From Vulcanimicrobiota bacterium (GTDB taxonomy: Bacteria > Vulcanimicrobiota > Xenobia > Xenobiales > QWHO01): a stretch of 64,000 nt of DNA. The translations under genes and the position numbers were made by a program. The notes beneath the pieces are model-generated. The model saw only the letters and a list, made by a program, of their open reading frames with translations, ran no database searches and was not told the origin of the DNA. The stretch is taken from assembly GCA_039809865.1 (NCBI GenBank), contig JBDHVW010000040.1, positions 2,731 through 66,730 on the forward strand. The letters are read 5' to 3'. Positions 63,555 to 64,000 of this stretch are shown piece after piece; within the stretch, counting starts at the first letter, position 1; each line of letters opens with the position of its first letter.

Positions 63555-64000
63555 TTGGGTTGCTTCTGCAGGTGGTGGCGGATGGCCACGGCGCTGATGA
63601 GGAGAATCGGGATGATGTAGGGCCCAAAGCTGTCGTAGCCGAGCACCAGCGTGGCTCCCAGGATCAGCAGGCCCTCCGCCTGCGAGATGGGCCGCCGGAA
63701 CTGCTGCAGCGACAGCGCCAGGCCCGCGAAGGAGCCGATAGCCGCAGCCACGGGCGCCAGCCAGCCGGGCCAGTCGAGCCCCTGGCAAAGCTGCACGAAG
63801 ACCGTGCCGATCAGCACGGTGCCGCCGATCACCGTCAGCAGGAAGCGGCCCAGCTCGCGCTGGTTGGCCTTGTGACGGCGGACCAGCCCCAGCATGCCCC
63901 CCACCATCAAACCGAAGATCCCGGGCATCAGAAAGCCTACCACCACCTGCTCGGCGGGCACCTGCCCCACCATCAGCCCGGTCGCCCCCAGCACGCCGAA
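63548..64000 (-). CDS. Polytopic membrane protein (5' end outside window)
   Basis: Several consecutive hydrophobic helices. The stop overlaps the Hsp70-like gene start. Confidence 0.7.
   Translation of the reverse strand, partial: FGVLGATGLMVGQVPAEQVVVGFLMPGIFGLMVGGMLGLVRRHKANQRELGRFLLTVIGGTVLIGTVFVQLCQGLDWPGWLAPVAAAIGSFAGLALSLQQFRRPISQAEGLLILGATLVLGYDSFGPYIIPILLISAVAIRHHLQKQPKC

Overview
GC-rich bacterial genomic window. No rRNA, tRNA, CRISPR array or integrase was recognised. Left part (1-21.5 kb): yebC and asnS; an L,D-transpeptidase with a 27-bp tandem repeat; a single-ORF IS66 that truncates an exported-protein gene; a ~1000-aa lipoprotein frameshifted at a poly-G tract; an 858-aa protein built almost entirely of tandem HTH-like repeats; a ~215-nt multi-hairpin intergenic RNA candidate bounded by a promoter and a terminator; and assorted housekeeping or exported genes (DUF1152, DUF1697, WD40, ndh, LivJ-like). 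Middle part (about 21.6-51.2 kb): a ~30-kb defence island. It carries one tightly coupled minus-strand run addB-addA-brxE-brxA-brxB-brxC-pglZ-brxD-brxHI-NERD/helicase, then a cargo block (HNH element, EVE protein, Cys-rich genes), then a displaced pglX with a low-GC swapped specificity segment. pglX is followed by an ABC-ATPase/TOPRIM-like pair and a convergent truncated Mrr. This is a rearranged, extended type-6 BREX locus. Right part: metallophosphoesterase, orphan dnaE2, a DUF883/holin-like/DUF3618 stress operon, and a membrane protein-Hsp70-like-GrpE-like-redoxin operon whose Hsp70 has N-terminal Zn-ribbon/Ig-like domains and an internal duplication. All family calls come from motif recognition by eye, not database searches.
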